Source of the DNA: the human T2T-CHM13v2.0 reference genome, Homo sapiens
Strand: one strand, 5' to 3'
Assembly (NCBI RefSeq): GCF_009914755.1
Contig: NC_060936.1
DNA length: 64,000 bases
The translations under genes and the position numbers were made by a program. Every line of letters starts with the position of its first letter. Position 1 is the first letter of the stretch. Positions 30,251 to 64,000 of the stretch are shown one piece after another. The notes under the pieces were generated by a model, which worked only from the letters and a program-made list of their open reading frames with translations, did no database searches and was not told the DNA's origin.

Positions 30251-30558
30251 TGTACTAACATTTACTGAGCAGTTTAGAGTATAATTAGTTTAATCTCAAC
30301 ACCCCATGATATAGATACTACTGCTATCTCATTTTAGAGGACGCTGAAGGGCAGAGCGGTTAACTGATGTACCAAGGTCCTAGCAGAGTTCTAAAGGAGG
30401 CCCCTGGGGCAGAAGCCTACGGTTATGAATGCTTGGGAGGGCTGCACCGGACATCCACGGGATGCTGGGGGTGAGAAGACACTAGAGAGGGGTCAGAGGG
30501 AAGGAGCAGAGGGAGATAATGGGTCAAAGTGTCTGAGGAAGGAGACTGGGCTGGGTAG

Positions 30559-31599
<1,041 letters not shown>

Positions 31600-31748
31600 A
31601 AAAGCCTTTTTTGGATGAGAAAGACTCACTCAGCTTCGTCCTGAAGAGCAAGTGGGCTGGGGAAGAGGAGAGTATGAATGTGAGTCCAAGAGCAAGTTTT
31701 GCACTTTTTTCTTCAAAGAATGTCACCGTCTGAAGAATGCGATTGGAA

Positions 31749-31749
<1 letters not shown>

Positions 31750-31781
<32 letters not shown>
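31750..31781. repeat. (AC)16 microsatellite in the ACTR6 promoter
   Basis: Direct inspection. Confidence 0.95.
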
Positions 31782-31784
<3 letters not shown>

Positions 31785-31899
31785 GCCGGTTCTCTACAGG
31801 ATTAGAAAAAACTTGCGCGAATTAATCTGCGTAGTTAAAAACAAATACGAAATGAGCGAGAAAGCACATAGTAGTCAAATCTCGCCACCACATAAACAG

Positions 31900-32091
31900 G
31901 TTAAGTTTGGAAGCACAGCCCCTAACATTCGGTGCTGCTTAGCATCTCCGACTTCCGGCGTCCTCCGTTGCTAAGGTGACCAGAGGCGCGTCCTAACGCT
32001 CCGCCCAACAAACCATAGAGTACCGGAAAAAGCTCGAGCAGAGGGGTCGGAAAGGGAAAACAACTACGGCTGCGGTGTGGTTGGTGGTGAG
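31900..32091 (+). promoter_or_regulatory. ACTR6: ACTR6 TATA-less core promoter / 5' UTR
   Basis: ETS motif ACTTCCGG at 31951-31958, RFX X-box-like GTTGCTAAGGTGAC at 31967-31980, GC box CTCCGCCC at ~31999 and ACCGGAA at ~32022; CpG-rich. Confidence 0.75.
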
Positions 32092-55155
<23,064 letters not shown>

Positions 55156-55642
55156 GCAACATTTTTGAATGAAAGTTGTGACCATAAGGTTTAATTTCAA
55201 AGTTCCTTTTAAAAGAGGTTAAGGAACTGTGTTACCTTTTGTCCTAAGAAAAAGGCTTGAATTTATGTAAATACTTTGATCGATTGCTAATTTTCAAAGG
55301 CTTCTTAGGTAGGTTACTACAGTAAACTGTAACTCAGTCCACATTTTCATTTAGGAGCTAGACTACCATAACAATGCTTATGCTGTTTCCAAGGGTAGGT
55401 TATTTTTCATTAAAAGAAGAATGAATGCATTTTAAGTTTAATTCTTCATAGCTGAAAGCACAAATTTAACGGCTTCACTGGACAGTTTTCCTTAGAAGGT
55501 AGTTTTGTGTGACTGTGACTAAACTATTTTATTTTAAAATGTCATTCTTATTTATACATTCTAAAGTTGGAAAGACTGATCTTATATGTGTATAATGTTT
55601 ATTTTGTACCTAGAGTACATTTAAAAGGGTGGAGACTAAGCT

Positions 55643-55648
55643 AATAAA
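55643..55648 (+). terminator. ACTR6: ACTR6 polyadenylation signal AATAAA (possible proximal ATTAAA at 55409-55414)
   Basis: First AATAAA I find after the stop, ~490 nt downstream, followed by GT/T-rich sequence. Confidence 0.8.
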
Positions 55649-55720
55649 GTTTTTTTGGCCACTACTGTGTGGGCAGAATATCTTATTTCACTCATAAAAG
55701 TACTATTTTTTTTAGGATGA

Positions 55721-64000
<8,280 letters not shown>

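Overview
Primate, almost certainly human, genomic DNA that is very Alu-rich. From gene content I recognise it as the chr12q23 GOLGA2P5-MIR1827-ACTR6 region; that placement is from memory and was not aligned. Right half: the complete ACTR6 gene on the + strand, with 11 GT-AG coding exons from 32092 to 55155 that sum to 1191 nt (396 aa plus stop). Left half: a minus-strand mosaic that looks like segmental-duplication material. It holds a disabled copy of TBC1D2B exon 1 in a CpG island, head-to-head with the ACTR6 promoter. It then holds a second TBC1D2B-like exon with intact splice sites, two to three exon-like pieces I cannot assign to any gene, and the 5' part of a GOLGA2-derived unprocessed pseudogene. 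The same block carries a solo LTR12F-like LTR and the MIR1827 hairpin. The most interesting observation is that three minus-strand exons of different origin have intact, phase-compatible splice sites and would join into an 88-aa chimeric ORF. Homology calls rest on my recall of protein and repeat consensus sequences. Repeat boundaries are approximate unless target-site duplications (TSDs) are quoted.
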